Below the pieces are notes generated by a model. The model saw nothing but the letters and a program-made list of their open reading frames with translations. It was not told the origin of the DNA and searched no databases. Both the position numbers and the translations under genes were made by a program. 64,000 nucleotides of DNA. Origin: Octopus vulgaris (taxonomy: Eukaryota). This document shows positions 1 through 14,124 of this stretch, piece after piece. The stretch is from positions 7,936,001 through 8,000,000 of the forward strand of contig OX597830.1 in the NCBI GenBank assembly GCA_951406725.2, given 5' to 3'. The first letter of the stretch is position 1. Each line of letters opens with the position of its first letter.

Positions 1-180
1 TTACAGGAATAAGAGAATACAAAACAAAAATAGAACACGAGTTATCAAGGAATAAACGGAGAAAAGAAAATAAAGCAGAAGAAAAACATACAAAAAATAA
101 CTGTTAAAAACGAGTAAAAAAACTCTCGGATAAAAAAAAACACGTGTAAATGTATGAGGAAACTCTAAAATACATTATAA

Positions 181-222
181 GCATACACACATACACGTAT
201 ACAGTTACATCTACTTATATAA

Positions 223-253
<31 letters not shown>

Positions 254-561
254 TGTATGTATATATATGCATGTATGTAAGTATATATGTATGTATTTAT
301 ATGTGTGTGTGTGCGTGTAGGTGTGTATGCGTGAATCTATATTAGTAAACAAGGAAATAAATGGACGATATACTTATAAACTAAATTGATTTTCAAGTGT
401 CTCTTGTAGAATGTTTGGCCGTAGGGTGCGTGGAGAAAATTTCGTAGCTGTTGCACATACACACACAGACAACACAATACAACACACACACACACACACA
501 CTTACATCACATATAATATGTATGTGTGTGCGTGTTTGTGTGTATATATACATACATATAT

Positions 562-616
<55 letters not shown>

Positions 617-817
617 TTTTACGTATATATATATATACATGTATTTATATTTACATATATATGTGTGTGTGTCTATGTGTATATACATTTTACGTATGTA
701 TATGTATGCATGTATACTTACATAAATATATATACATATATATATATATAAGCATATATGTACATACATATACCTTATATATATATTATATATATATATA
801 GGCATATATCAACATAG

Positions 818-857
<40 letters not shown>

Positions 858-862
858 TATAT
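181..862. repeat. Compound (TA)n/(TG)n/(CA)n microsatellite region
   Basis: Dinucleotide runs seen directly; the overlapping YIYI ORFs are artefacts. Confidence 0.9.
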
Positions 863-1022
863 AGAGTCGTGAGATTGGAGAGAAGCAATTTTTACCCTAA
901 ACTACCTTAGTAACGGCCATAGCAACGAGAGTTTTAGTTAGAAGTTATAGGTTGATCCCACTAATGGGTGCTATTAGTGGTAATTCGATAGAGAGTGTAC
1001 CATTGGTAATGGTTAGCGTATA

Positions 1023-1326
1023 ATGGTGGTGGTGGTGGTGGTGGTGGTGAGGTGGTGGTGGTGGCGGTCGTGGTGGTGGTGGATATCATTTTCAGGATGG
1101 TGGTGAAGGTGTTGTCGTTGGTGGTGATGTGGCGCTGCTGGTGGTCGAAGATGCTGTCGATGGTGGTGGTCGTCGTCGTGGTGATGGTGGTGGCAGTGGT
1201 GGTGCCGGTTAGTGTCCGTGCTGGTAGTGGTAGTAGTGTTGATGGTTTTGGTGGTGGTGGTACGGTGATGGTGGGGATGATGATATGGTAGCAGTGTAGA
1301 CAGTGATGGTGGTAGCAATGTTGTTG

Positions 1327-1358
<32 letters not shown>

Positions 1359-1397
1359 GGTGGTGGTGGTGGTGGTGATGGTGTGGTGGTGATGGTT
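1023..1397. repeat. Degenerate (TGG)n/(TTG)n trinucleotide tract
   Basis: Runs of ggt/gtg/ttg; give poly-His/Thr/Pro or poly-Val ORFs with no domain. Confidence 0.85.
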
Positions 1398-2324
1398 GCG
1401 TGAGCTAGTGAAGGAGAATGCAAACGATAGCAACATCTAGGAGAATGGCACCCGAATCGCGTGGGGGTGATGGTCGTGTGCAGATTGGAGCGGGGTGTGC
1501 ATTTTTTCTTTTGCTTTTGTTGTTGTTTATATTTGTATGGTTTGTTTTGTTTTTTCATTCAGCATTTGGAATTTTTAAGGAGTGAATACAAGACAGACAG
1601 AAAAGAAATGGTGATGCTGTTGGGCATCCGTACAAATGAGATTTCCGTTTGCAATGACCGTTGACAACAAGACTGAGAGAGAGGGAGAAAGGGGGAGAGA
1701 GACAGACAGACAGACAGACAGAGAACGAAGATGAAGAAGGAGGAGGAAGTTATGATAGATTATCATTATCATTATCATCAGCAGCATCATCATTTACCCA
1801 ACGGTATCATACGAGTGTCTCTTGCCCCGCCATGTCTACATCTGTATTCCCGAAAGACCTTTTAAACCTCGCCTTTTGGCGTAGAATCGTCTTTGTATTT
1901 CACATAAGTTGTGATATCTATTTCCTTTGCTCTGAAGTTATTATAGCACTTCGTTAGTTTCTTTGTAGAACCGCTAAGTAGATTATATATAATATTATGT
2001 TATACTATGAGGCGGTGTTTGTTTAAAGTATTTGTTGTAGCATGTGGTTGATAAAATATACTCCCGATCAAGTACTGAGGTCAGCTACGATGTAAGAGAC
2101 TAAACTCTTCTCATAAAATTGCTGGCTTTGTGTGAAAACTAGAAACAATTATTTCCTCAAAAAAGAGGGAACAACTTTATATATATTTCGGCTTTATTCT
2201 GGCCTATTCAGTTTATACTTGCTAACAGATGTAGTAATGGGGTATCATTAATAATTACCACCAAGTGGAGAACAAAGACATAATTGTTTAGAATACTAAA
2301 TTAGTCTTCTATATCATCTGCCTG

Positions 2325-2637
2325 GTGAAGGCACATGGTCTAATGTTTAAAGCAGCGGACTCGCGGTCGACGGATCGCGGGTTCGAATCTCAGACCTGGC
2401 GATGTGTGTGTTTATGAATGAAACACCTAAGCTCCACGCGGCTCCAACAGAAGGGAATGGCGAACTTCTGCCGACTCATTCGCCACAACTTTCTCTCACT
2501 CTTTCCTCCTGCATCTAGCAACTCACTTGCGATGGACCGGCGTCCCATTCCGGTGGGGAACCTATACGCCAAGAAAACCAGGAAACCGGCCCCTTATGAG
2601 CCAGGCATGGTACGAGAAGGAACAAACAGCAACAAGC
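2325..2637 (+). mobile_element. Full-length tRNA-derived SINE (family V-like) with target-site duplication
   Basis: A-box-like tggtctaatg, B box ggttcgaatc, body gcgatggaccggcgtccc, (aac)-type tail. Flanked by atcatctgcctg (2313-2324) and atcatctgcatg (2638-2649). Homologous copy at 62257-62550 (-). Confidence 0.85.
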
Positions 2638-3046
2638 ATCATCTGCATGAAAAACAAGGTTTAAGTAGATGTCACCATATTTAATTCATTTAGAAATAAT
2701 AACGCGATGAAGTAAAATAATATTCTTCACTGATTAATGTTGTTTTAATTATTTTATATATTTCAACGTGTAAGGGAGATTATTCTGACCATGTTTTGAT
2801 CTTGTTCTGTTCCTATCAGCGAAGCATACAAGTTATCGTCTTTACCGAAGTGGCAATGGGAGAATCACTAAATAAATATACAAGAATGTGCAACGGTTTG
2901 GTGTATATACACTGTGTAATAGAGTTTATATACAGATCGATTTACAGGTGGTTTTATCAATCATAACCATTAAAGTATTATGATTCTTATCATCACAAAT
3001 TCCTCAGAAATATTACAGGTTTGAATTTTGATATTTCTGTGAGAGT

Positions 3047-3268
3047 AAGGCAGTAAGCAGGCAGAATCGTTAGTGCATCGCACAAATTGCTGAACAGCCT
3101 TTCGTTTGGTTCTTTACGTTCTCAATTTGTTTAATCCTGCCGGGGCCAACATTACGTTTTATCCTTTTGGGATCGATAAAATAAAGTACCTAGTCAAAGT
3201 ACTAGGGTCGATTCACAGTCTTGTCCCCTACCCAAATTTCAGGCTTCGCGCATATATTAGAAACAATA
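3047..3268 (+). mobile_element. SINE family B, diverged
   Basis: aaggcagtaagcaggcagaatcgttag...atccttttgggatcgataaaataaagtacc matches the clean copy at 54004-54235. Confidence 0.75.
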
Positions 3269-4129
3269 TTATAGACTAACGTGTAGACCGTCACATGATG
3301 AGTAACCTTGGAATTATTATTTCGCTACTGCAACTAACATTAGATAGTGTCTCACAAGTACAATAATTCTAGTTTTATATAATTGTAATATTAAGGTTTT
3401 ATAAGAAGTAAAGAAATTAATAGTAATTTTCAAAATAAATATTAAATTCAAGTAAAATAAGTTCCTCGTTTGTAAATTTACAATAAAATTATATTATCAA
3501 TACGAATAATACTGTTTAGCCATTAATAAATTATATAAGTAGCGTTAGTTGATATTACCTACTGAGTAAATGACTATTCCCAACATTATCTGTCTTATTG
3601 CAGGTAGCTCTGTAGTTAGTATATCGTAACCACGGGAAATAAATCCAGAAACATCTGAGCAAATTTTTCACAAGAGACGGACAAACCGAGAAAAGACACA
3701 CTGCCATTTACATTAATAGATAGAAATATTTCAAAAACATTTAGCTTTTTAACCTTATTCTTCGTAATATCAACGATCCTTTGACTTTCGTTATTGCGAT
3801 GTTAGTTTTGTTGCCATTATTTCCTGGTACAAGATCAAAAAGGACAAACCTATTACTTTGATATCTAGAATATTAGTCACTTTCCAAGTACAACTCTCAT
3901 CTTTTCTTGCTGATCGTATCGTACAGCTTACAAGTACAAAACGCCTACATCAGACTAACACGGAAACTAATCTCACCAATTTTAAGTAGACATATTTTCT
4001 TCTCGCTCACTATCGCTATATTTCAACGAGGCATTGTGTTTATCCAAAATGGAGATGAACACCATACCCTTAAGTGACATTTGAAAAATTGTTAAGGTAT
4101 CAACATACTTTCCTATTTTTCTTAACATG

Positions 4130-4290
4130 AAACCAATGTTCATCATTTACATTATTTACATTTGACGGATATTTGTCCTCATCTTGTTTGTTGTTGACGC
4201 TACGTTTCGTCTGATATACCCTCCAGCCTTCATCAGGTGTCTTCGGGAAATTCCGAACCTGAATTTTCATTCTTAAAGTATTTTACGATG
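4130..4290 (-). mobile_element. Penelope-like terminal fragment carrying a minimal hammerhead motif
   Basis: Minus strand reads gacac-ctgatga-a-ggctgg..tcagac-gaaac-gt-a-gcgtc; architecture typical of PLE termini. Confidence 0.6.
4196..4241 (-). ncRNA. Minimal type I hammerhead ribozyme motif
   Basis: CUGAUGA and GAAA cores, stem I GACAC/GCGUC (1 mismatch), stem II GGCUGG/UCAGAC (1 mismatch), palindromic ACGU stem III, GUA triplet. Confidence 0.65.
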
Positions 4291-4299
4291 GTATTATTA

Positions 4300-4370
<71 letters not shown>

Positions 4371-4373
<3 letters not shown>

Positions 4374-4495
4374 TAGTTTTATTTTTATAGCGTGCTTTCA
4401 CTTCACTACCGAGCGCAGCTCTGTGTGCCTTGGGTATGTGCTGTGATTTGTTGTGATGCTCTGATGGTTATTGTATGGAAAGTGTTCTGCGTAGG

Positions 4496-4497
<2 letters not shown>
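4371..4497 (-). mobile_element. Short 3' end of an R4/Dong-type LINE inside (TTA)n
   Basis: Near-identical to 9004-9130 (last codons ILRRTLSIQ* plus 3' UTR); (TTA)n on both sides. Confidence 0.9.
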
Positions 4498-4570
<73 letters not shown>

Positions 4571-4849
4571 TAGTACGGACTTATAGATACTTATACTATG
4601 TATATACATCTCAAAAAACAAACACAGATGAATATAGAAACAGTCGGGAAGTAAAAGTCGTAAGGCCAATTAAAATCATTCAGTAATATAAAAATATTTA
4701 TTCGTACAAAGTAAGGATTCACAGTAACTTCGAGGTTTCGGCCATGAGACCGTCATTGGAGAGACCTATGAAGGTTTCAGAGAAGCAAATTCTGACAGTT
4801 TTTTTCTTGCCAACTATACAATGAATGCATACATGCATATAGTTTTTTA

Positions 4850-5042
4850 TTTTATTTTACTCTGACTGTGACCATGCTGGTGCACCGCATTTTTTAGTCA
4901 AAGGAACAGCCCACAGGACTTATTCTTTGTAAGCCTTGTACTATTGGGTTTTTTGCCAATCCGCTAAGTTACGAGGACGTAAACACACCAACGTCGGTTG
5001 TCAAGTGGTGGTGGGGACACAAACCCAGACACAAATACATAC

Positions 5043-5111
<69 letters not shown>

Positions 5112-5300
5112 TACATGCACGATACATATATATATATATATATACATGTACGATGGGCTTCTTTCAGTTTCCGTCCACCAAATCCACCCACAAGACTTTG
5201 GTCGGCACGAGGCTTTAAGAGAAGACGCTCAAGGTACCACGCAGTAGAACTGAACCCGGAACCATATCGTTGGTAAGCGAGCACACACCCACTCCTGCGC
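4850..5300 (-). mobile_element. SINE family A with internal (TA)n
   Basis: Reverse complement of the 16868/51970 copies: head gcgcaggagtgg, ggttccgggttcagt, tail ccagcatggtcacagtca. Confidence 0.85.
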
Positions 5301-5302
5301 TA

Positions 5303-5727
5303 TGTATGTATATATATATAACTGTATACATACATACATCTGTGTGTGTGAGCCTATGTATATATGTATACACATATATCTCTATGTGTGTGCGTGCATA
5401 TATATCTGTGTACATATATATATATGGATATATGTGTGTATATATACATGTATGTATGTATGTGCGTATGTACGTCCGTATGCATGTATGTATGAGTGAT
5501 CTATGGCAAGGAGAGTCGGTGACATTCTTCATCGCTCCATACAATTCGGTGTATTTTATGTTTTCGTCCTCAGGCTACAGATATCCCATCAATCATTCGC
5601 TCTATCCATCATTATTATGGACTGATGATTTACAATAGTGTGTATGCAACAAAATACAGGAGTATGGCTATGTATTTGCATACACACACACACGTATATA
5701 TATATATATATGTATACATATTTGCAT

Positions 5728-5792
<65 letters not shown>

Positions 5793-7062
5793 CGTGTGTG
5801 TATATGCATTGTTATACATGCATGCATATATAGACGCCACTCACATGCACACACAACTGCACTCTCACACATATATATACCTATATTTATATAAATATAT
5901 AGAGATATAGATAAATACATATCTACAAATGCGTATACATGTATATGTGTATACATGCACACGTGTGTTTGTATGTATGTGTGTTTATTAGAGATATGTG
6001 TGTGTGTCTGTGTGTCTGTGTGTGTGCATTGATAAACGCATACATGCGTGATTGACACATACCTACATACATATATGGAAACATGCATACCCTTACATCT
6101 TCGAAACATGTATACACACATGCACATATATACATACATACACACCTACGGACATACATAGATACCAGCTCACATAAATCATACATACACAGATACATGG
6201 GCACACACACGCATACCCACATAAGCATATACATACACACAAATATACATATACATACACTTTTACATACACACATACAATCACACGCACGTACATACAT
6301 TCGTACACACACGTATGTACACAGACATATATTCAAACATACACACATTCATATATACATACATACGCAGACGCGCATACATATATGCGTACACACACGC
6401 ATGCACTGCATACAGGCATACATACATTTATACAGAGGTACACACATATATAAATACACACACATACATTTCTAAATACATATATGTACACACATATGTA
6501 TATACATGCATACATACTTATGTACGTATGTACATACACACATACATACATACATACACATACATACACAAACATACACACATACACAGACATACATACA
6601 TACACGCACATACATATGTATGTATGTATGTACATACATACATACATACATACATACATACACAGATACTCATACATACACACACATACACACATACATA
6701 TACATATACATACATGCACACATACGCACATACATATACGTATACACTCATACATACTCATACCTACACACATAGATACATACACACACATAATACATAC
6801 TTGCATACATACATGCATGCATACACACATACATACATACACACATACATGCATGCACACACGCGCATACATACATGCATGCACGCAAGCATACATACAC
6901 ACACACACATATACATACATACATGCACACACGCGTATACATACATGCACGCATACATCCATCCATCCATCCATACATACATACATACATCCATCCATCC
7001 ATACATACATACATACATACATACATACATACATACATACATACATACATGCATACACATCC
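5303..7062. repeat. Compound (TA)/(CATA)/(CA)/(CATC) microsatellite block
   Basis: Direct inspection; short unique island near 5500-5670. Confidence 0.85.
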
Positions 7063-7188
7063 CTAAACGAAACAAACGGTTAGATAGACGCAGATAAGAC
7101 AAAATTATCCGTGCATGTCCGGTAAATTATTCTTTCTCTCACTCTCTCACTCTCTCTTTCTCTTTTCCTCTCCCACTTTCTCTCTCTT

Positions 7189-7224
<36 letters not shown>

Positions 7225-7479
7225 ATCCAGATTTTCTCAATCTATTGAGAGGTTCTATTGGTTTTGTTCACAAGTAATTATCATTAGCTGTTCGATATAA
7301 TTATCCGCCCACACCTCTTACAGACCGCTAATTAATTCTACATACAAATATATATACATACCGCAAAAACACCATAAACACACTTGTAGTTACACTTACA
7401 CCTGCACACACATACATGCATTTGTACATATACACACTCAGACACACACACACATGTCTATGTACAATATGTGTAATTA

Positions 7480-8525
<1,046 letters not shown>

Positions 8526-9003
8526 TATTTTAGAGGCAAAAACGAACGGAAACAAAGCAGTAATGAAGTGTATTTAGGGAAAAAAAACATTTTCCCCAAA
8601 ACACAATATTTGTGATATTTGAGAGATAATTGTTTTCGCGGCAGTTCTAGTTAGAGCGTGAGATATTGTTGAACGTGGATACAACTGATACCAATATAAG
8701 CCACCACCCCACCTCTGACACGCACATGCCCACACACATACAACCCCATACACGTGCATATGTTTTAATTTATATATAATGATAGTAAGGTATGTATATC
8801 TCTGTATGTAACCAAACCGTTGAACGAAAGATTGAACTCATCAAAACTGTACTAAGAGCATAAAAATTGTAATTTATGTATATTCAATATAGTTTAGTAA
8901 AAGTTATACATCTATTATTAATATTGTTGTGATTACTATTGCTGTTGTTGTTTTTGATGTTGTTGTTATTATTATTATTATTATTATCATTATTATTATC
9001 ATT

Positions 9004-9682
9004 TAGTAGTTTTATTTTTATAGCGTGCTTTCACTTCACTACCGAGCGCAGTTCTGTGTGCCTTGGGTATGTGCTGTGATTTGTTGTGATGCTCTGATGG
9101 TTATTGTATGGAAAGTGTTCTGCGTAGGATGTGTGCAGTGCCTAGTAGTGCAATTTTATGTATGTTATATGTGTTTGTAAGTCCTAGTGTTTTTGTTATG
9201 TATTTGTCTGAATATTTTTTTATCATGCCTAATGCACCTACTATGATAGGAATTGTTTCTGTTTTTAGATTCCACATTCTGGTTACCTCTATTTCCAGGT
9301 CTTTGTATTTTGAGAGTTTCTCCATTTCTTTTAGAGACACGTTGTCATCAGCCGGTATTGATACATCAATTAGAAAGCATTTTTTTTCTTCGTGATCTCT
9401 AACAACTATATCTGGCCTGTTGGCCTTAATTTCTCTATCTGTGTGTATCGGCATATCCCAGAGTATGGTTGCTTTCTCGTTTTCTGTGACCTTTTCTGGT
9501 GTGTGCCTATACCATCTTTTTTCTGTTGTTATTCCATAATGTTGGCATAGCTTCCAATGTATGTAGGTTCCAACTCTGTCATGTCTGTGAATATATTCCT
9601 TCTTAGCCAGGACTGGGCAGCTAGAGATAATATGATTTATTGTTTCTTGTCCATCTCCACATATTCTGCAGTTACCTGTTAT
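9004..9682 (-). mobile_element. 5'-truncated R4/Dong-clade non-LTR retrotransposon
   Basis: Encodes a CCHC knuckle and restriction-like endonuclease, followed by a 3' UTR and (AAT)n tail; (TTA)n on both flanks. Confidence 0.92.
9101..9682 (-). pseudogene. C-terminal ORF remnant: zinc knuckle plus PD-(D/E)xK restriction-like endonuclease
   Basis: CRICGDGQETINHIISSC, RHD, RPDIVV..LIDVSIP, KLSKY, ALLGTAHILRRTL. The upstream part of the listed ORF is only translated (AAT)n. Confidence 0.9.
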
Positions 9683-9689
9683 ATTTCTT

Positions 9690-9698
9690 TTCTTCTTC

Positions 9699-9730
<32 letters not shown>

Positions 9731-9768
9731 ATTTATTATTATTATTACTACTATTACTACTATTATTA

Positions 9769-9844
<76 letters not shown>
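9690..9844. repeat. (TTA)n microsatellite
   Basis: Direct inspection. Confidence 0.95.
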
Positions 9845-9846
9845 CT

Positions 9847-10023
9847 AAGGCGGTGTTCTGGTAGAATCGTTTGCACGAAGCGCAAAATGCTTTTCTTTCT
9901 AAGTTCAAATTCCGCCAAAGTCGACTTCGCCTTTCACCCTCTCGGGGTCGACAAATTAAGTAGCAATGGAACACTGAGTTCGATGTAATCGACTGGTCCC
10001 CTTCCCAAAAAAATTCCAGGCCT
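9847..10023 (+). mobile_element. SINE family B
   Basis: aagttcaaattccgccaaagtcgacttcgcctttcaccctctcggggtcgacaaattaagta. Confidence 0.8.
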
Positions 10024-10045
10024 TCTGCCTTTTGTAGAAAGGATT

Positions 10046-10106
<61 letters not shown>

Positions 10107-10247
10107 CCATAATCATCATCACCACCATTATCATCACCATCATCGTTATCATCATCACCACCATTATCATCACCATCATCGTTATCATCATCACCATCAT
10201 CGTTATCATCATCACCATCATTATCATCATCATCATCATTATCATCA
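10024..10247. repeat. (CAT)n microsatellite with variant sub-repeats
   Basis: Direct inspection; caccatcatcgttatcatcat occurs three times. Confidence 0.9.
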
Positions 10248-10249
10248 CT

Positions 10250-10622
10250 GTTCCAAAGCTCTCGCAAGCTAATTTAACCAGCAGTGATATCGTCTGGAGT
10301 TTTCTGGTGGCATCAAATCTTCTCCAGTTTTACGAATATTCCTTGGTATTCTTGCAGAATATAGGGTGGCACATTGCAGGTCAACGAGTCTGTGTTCCAA
10401 TATCCTTCAATCTTTTGAGCACTAGTTTTGGGTCATGTGCCAAGTGCACCAGTTGCTACAGAAATGACTGTTTCCTTTCTCTTCCAGAACCTCTGCTTAT
10501 GTCCAGATATTTCTCGATTTTCTTGAATTTCTTTGGAATCCATTCTGTTATGATATGGTATGACAAAGTCTATGATCTTGCACTGTTTCTTTTGTCATCT
10601 ACAAGCATACCAGGTTTTCTTC
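10250..10622 (-). mobile_element. Degenerate R4/Dong-type LINE 3' fragment
   Basis: Manual minus-strand translation across frameshifts: RKPGMLV..CKIIDFVIPY..KIEKYLDI..ETVISVATGALGT. Confidence 0.75.
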
Positions 10623-10639
10623 AATAGTTCAAAAGCGAG

Positions 10640-10860
10640 ATGAAGTTACCTTCTCGGGTGATGCTGACCCATTAAGGGCCGGTTTCAATGGTGTATATGT
10701 ATTCCCCACCTGGACGAGAATACATATACACCATTGAACTGGAGAAACGCGAAATGAAGTGTTTTGCTCAAGAACACAACACATCACCTGGTCCAAGAAT
10801 CGAAACCACAATCTTACGATCATGAGTCCGACACCTTAACCACTAAGCCACGTGCCTCCT
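10640..10860 (-). mobile_element. CORE-type tRNA SINE, internally rearranged
   Basis: Minus: ggcacgtggcttagtggttaagg..ggtttcgattc..gttgtgttcttgagcaaaacacttcatttcgcgtttctccagttca (CORE-like); tail shared with the 2325/62257 family. Confidence 0.75.
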
Positions 10861-10959
10861 CCTTTCAATACTATACTCAGTGTTTATGTGAAAGCCCTAT
10901 AAAATTTCGAAAAAAAATCTTATCCTCTGTCAGAGCCGCCGGTTCTGTTATAAAACCAG

Positions 10960-11163
10960 ACTTGTTAACTGAGCAGGTATAATCATTAGAATGCCGGAAA
11001 ATATGCTTAGTGTTATTTCGTCCGTCTTCAAGCTCTTCAATTTCGACTTTACCTTTCACCCCTTTGGAATCGATAAAATAAGTACCATCAGAACACAGGG
11101 GGCGGTGTAATCGACTTATCCTCTCGCTTGAAATTACTGGCTTTGTGCCTATACTAGAAAGGA
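10960..11163 (+). mobile_element. SINE family B, diverged
   Basis: tcgactttacctttcacccctttggaatcgataaaataagtacca. Confidence 0.75.
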
Positions 11164-11177
11164 TTATTATTATTATT

Positions 11178-11219
<42 letters not shown>

Positions 11220-11220
11220 C

Positions 11221-11425
11221 AGGCGGTGAGCTGGCAGAATTGTAAGCACGCCGGGTAAAATGCTTAGAAGTATTTCGTTCTGGGTTCAAATTCTGCTGAG
11301 GTTGACTTCGTCTTTCATCCTTTCAGGGTCGATGAAATAAGTACCAGTTGAACACTGGGGTCGATGTAATCGACTCATCCTCTCCCCCAAAATTGCTGCC
11401 CTTGTGGCAAAATTTGAAACCAATA
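11221..11425 (+). mobile_element. SINE family B
   Basis: aggcggtgagctggcagaat..gggttcaaattc..ctttcatcctttcagggtcgatgaaataagtaccag. Confidence 0.85.
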
Positions 11426-11450
11426 TTATTGTTATTATTATTATTATTAT

Positions 11451-11488
<38 letters not shown>

Positions 11489-11489
11489 T

Positions 11490-11730
11490 TCCTTCGCAAC
11501 ACAGTGTAGGAAAAAATGCACCGGAGTCTTTAGTCATCTGTCAAGTCACAACAAGGACCTCAGATAGATAATACTACCCTTAAGATGTGCGCTGTGCCCA
11601 ATAAGGCTGTTTTTAGCAAGACATCAATCTTGCATGGAATTTCCAGTTGCCTTAAGAAGTTTCGAAGTTTCAATGGGCTTGTGCCCAACATTCCGATCAC
11701 CACTGGTATCACTTTAACATTACCCTCTCG
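11490..11730 (-). mobile_element. R4/Dong-type LINE 3' fragment (different subfamily)
   Basis: ORF 11560-11742: VKVIPVVIGMLGT..LLKTALLGTAHILRVVLSI, homologous to the 9101 ORF end; lies next to (TTA)n/(TAG)n. Confidence 0.85.
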
Positions 11731-12027
11731 CATTATTAGCATTATTGTTGTTGTTGTTGTTGTTGATCGTCAAAAGGAAGTGACTGACGAATGCACAGGC
11801 AGATAGACAGACTGACAGAGAGAATGGTACGCTAAGAGATATGGTACTCAAAGAGATTAGCTAAAGTACCATGCAGCTCTAAGCAATCGCCGATGACAAC
11901 CGGTTGAAGGAAAACTTCTTCAAAGTTAAATATGTTGTGCCAAAACACCACTTAAGCATCTGGCCCCTCACATATTTTTCCTTCAAGAGGACCCCACTGC
12001 CTCCATTTCTCGTGTTTAAATAACATT

Positions 12028-12246
12028 CATTTCTACTCTAAGCACAAGGTCCGTGATTTTGGAGAATGGGGGGTAGTCGATTAGATCGACCCCAATACGC
12101 AGCTGGTACTTAATTTATTGTCCCCCCGAAGGGATGAAAGACGAAGTCGACTTCGACGGAATTTGAACTCAGAACGTAAAGACAGAGGAAATACCACTAA
12201 GCATTTCGCCCCGGCGTGTTAGCGTTTCTGCCAGCTTGCCGCCTTT
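12028..12246 (-). mobile_element. SINE family B
   Basis: Reverse complement of the family B sequence (gatgaaagacgaagtcgac..tttctgccagcttgccgcctt). Confidence 0.85.
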
Positions 12247-12484
12247 TAAATAATATTGAGACATTTGGTATTTTGCGTCACTAATGAATTTTATAAAAGA
12301 ATTTCAAATATTTTGAATTAATTTAGATATCATGAATTTAAGCCAGTCATTTTTATCCTTTTGGCCACCTTTCATTTTTGTGTATGTAAGAGACAAAGAC
12401 AGTACGAAAAATCTAGAAAATATTACGTTTTATTTAGTGGCCGACCTTGTGGATACTCCTCTCAGGTATGGGTGCCTATGTATT

Positions 12485-12522
12485 TATATCTATCTATCTA
12501 TCTATCTATATATCTATCTATC

Positions 12523-12571
<49 letters not shown>

Positions 12572-12575
12572 AGTG

Positions 12576-12641
<66 letters not shown>

Positions 12642-12782
12642 GCAAGCAGACAGGCACGCTGGCAAAAAGGCGGACAAACAGAGAGATGGACAAATAGATT
12701 GATATTGATATAGATATATATGTGTGCGTACGAATATAGATAAATATGTATATATTTATATACATGCATATATGTGAGTATA

Positions 12783-12818
<36 letters not shown>

Positions 12819-12857
12819 TGTATGTATGTATGTATATATATATATATGTGTGTGTGT

Positions 12858-12893
<36 letters not shown>

Positions 12894-12895
12894 AT
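12485..12895. repeat. (TATC)/(GATA)/(TATG)/(TG) microsatellite cluster
   Basis: Direct inspection. Confidence 0.9.
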
Positions 12896-13587
12896 CTGTA
12901 GATGTTTGGATGTATGTGTATGTAGACGTATAGAAATACGCACCCCTGGGAAGGACGTGTGTGGTGCACCCCTTTCACACAATGAAAGCCACAGCTGTAA
13001 CTGGGGAGCACGGAAGATGAGGAGAAACCAAGACAGAGTGAGGGAGTGAGGGTAGGAGAAGATGATATAGTAAGGGGAGGAAGTCGACGAAGAGGTGGAG
13101 TGGTACGAGGAATGGTAAGAGGTGGAGGGGCAGATTTGTGGGTAAAACTACTTTTAAAGTGAAGTAAGTTGGGGTGTGTATGCATTGGAGGCGGAGGATG
13201 GGGTTGTTCCGATGTCGAATGGTGTGGGGTCGGGGATCGTGGTGAGTATGGGAGCGGCGGCGGTGGGGGGGGGGGATGACAAGAAACGTAGGCGGGTACA
13301 TCCATCATTTGTGATATTGATTGATTACAGTTATGATTATTAGATGAAGAGTTTGGTTGGATGTGACGAGACAGACAGACAGACAGGTATGTATGTATGT
13401 AGGTAGGTAGGTAGGTAGGTAGGTAGGTAGGTAGGTAGGTAGGTAGGTCGGGATGGAAGGAGGGTGGGAGGGATGGAGGGAGGGAGGTAGGTTAGTGCTT
13501 AGTCAATAGGCAGGTAAATGGGTGGATAGATGAAGCGAGAAAGAATGGGGACGATCAGATCGATTAACGAAAGAAAATTTGATAGTA

Positions 13588-13852
13588 AGAAAAAGAATGA
13601 AAAAAAGGCAGAAAGAAAGGAAGGAAGGGAGAAAGAAAGAGAGAGAAAGAGAGAGAGAAAGAAAGAGAGAGAAAGAGAGAGAGAAACAAAGAGAGAGAAA
13701 CAAAGAAACAAAGAAACAAAGAAACAAAGAAACAAAGAAACAAAGAAAGAAAAAAAGAAAGAAAGAAAGAAGGAAAGAAAGAAAGAAAGAAAAAAAGGAA
13801 GGAAAGAAAGAAAGAAAGAAAAAAAGAAAGAAAGAAAGAAGGAAAGAAAGAA
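13588..13852. repeat. Polypurine (GAAA)/(GA)/(AAAGAAAC) tract
   Basis: Direct inspection. Confidence 0.9.
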
Positions 13853-14124
13853 ACTATTGATAAAGTGAAATGCAAATATAAAGGAGGGAAAAAGAGAAAA
13901 AGATGGAAGAATCCGATAGAAAACAAATCTCCGTGATCGTCGCAGCTTTGGAAAAAACGTTTTCTTTCAATGTGACCGACATTATATTCCTGCGGTTTCC
14001 AGAGGAACTGGTTGGCGTTCATACATTTCTGCAGTTTTACTGTTCTAAGTCAAATAGAATAACAATCCTGGATATGGAAATGCATTTCCTGTAGATGTTG
14101 GTGGCGGTCGGGGGAGGGTGCATT

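Noticed and set aside
1013-1558. His/Pro/Thr-rich 181-aa ORF resembling a transcription-factor low-complexity region
   Set aside because: Explained by a decayed (CAC)n tract; no recognisable domain or splice context.
9683-9772. N-terminus (MIIIVV..NNNN) of the 223-aa ORF
   Set aside because: Read-through into the (AAT)n target; the element is 5'-truncated, so this is not a real CDS start.
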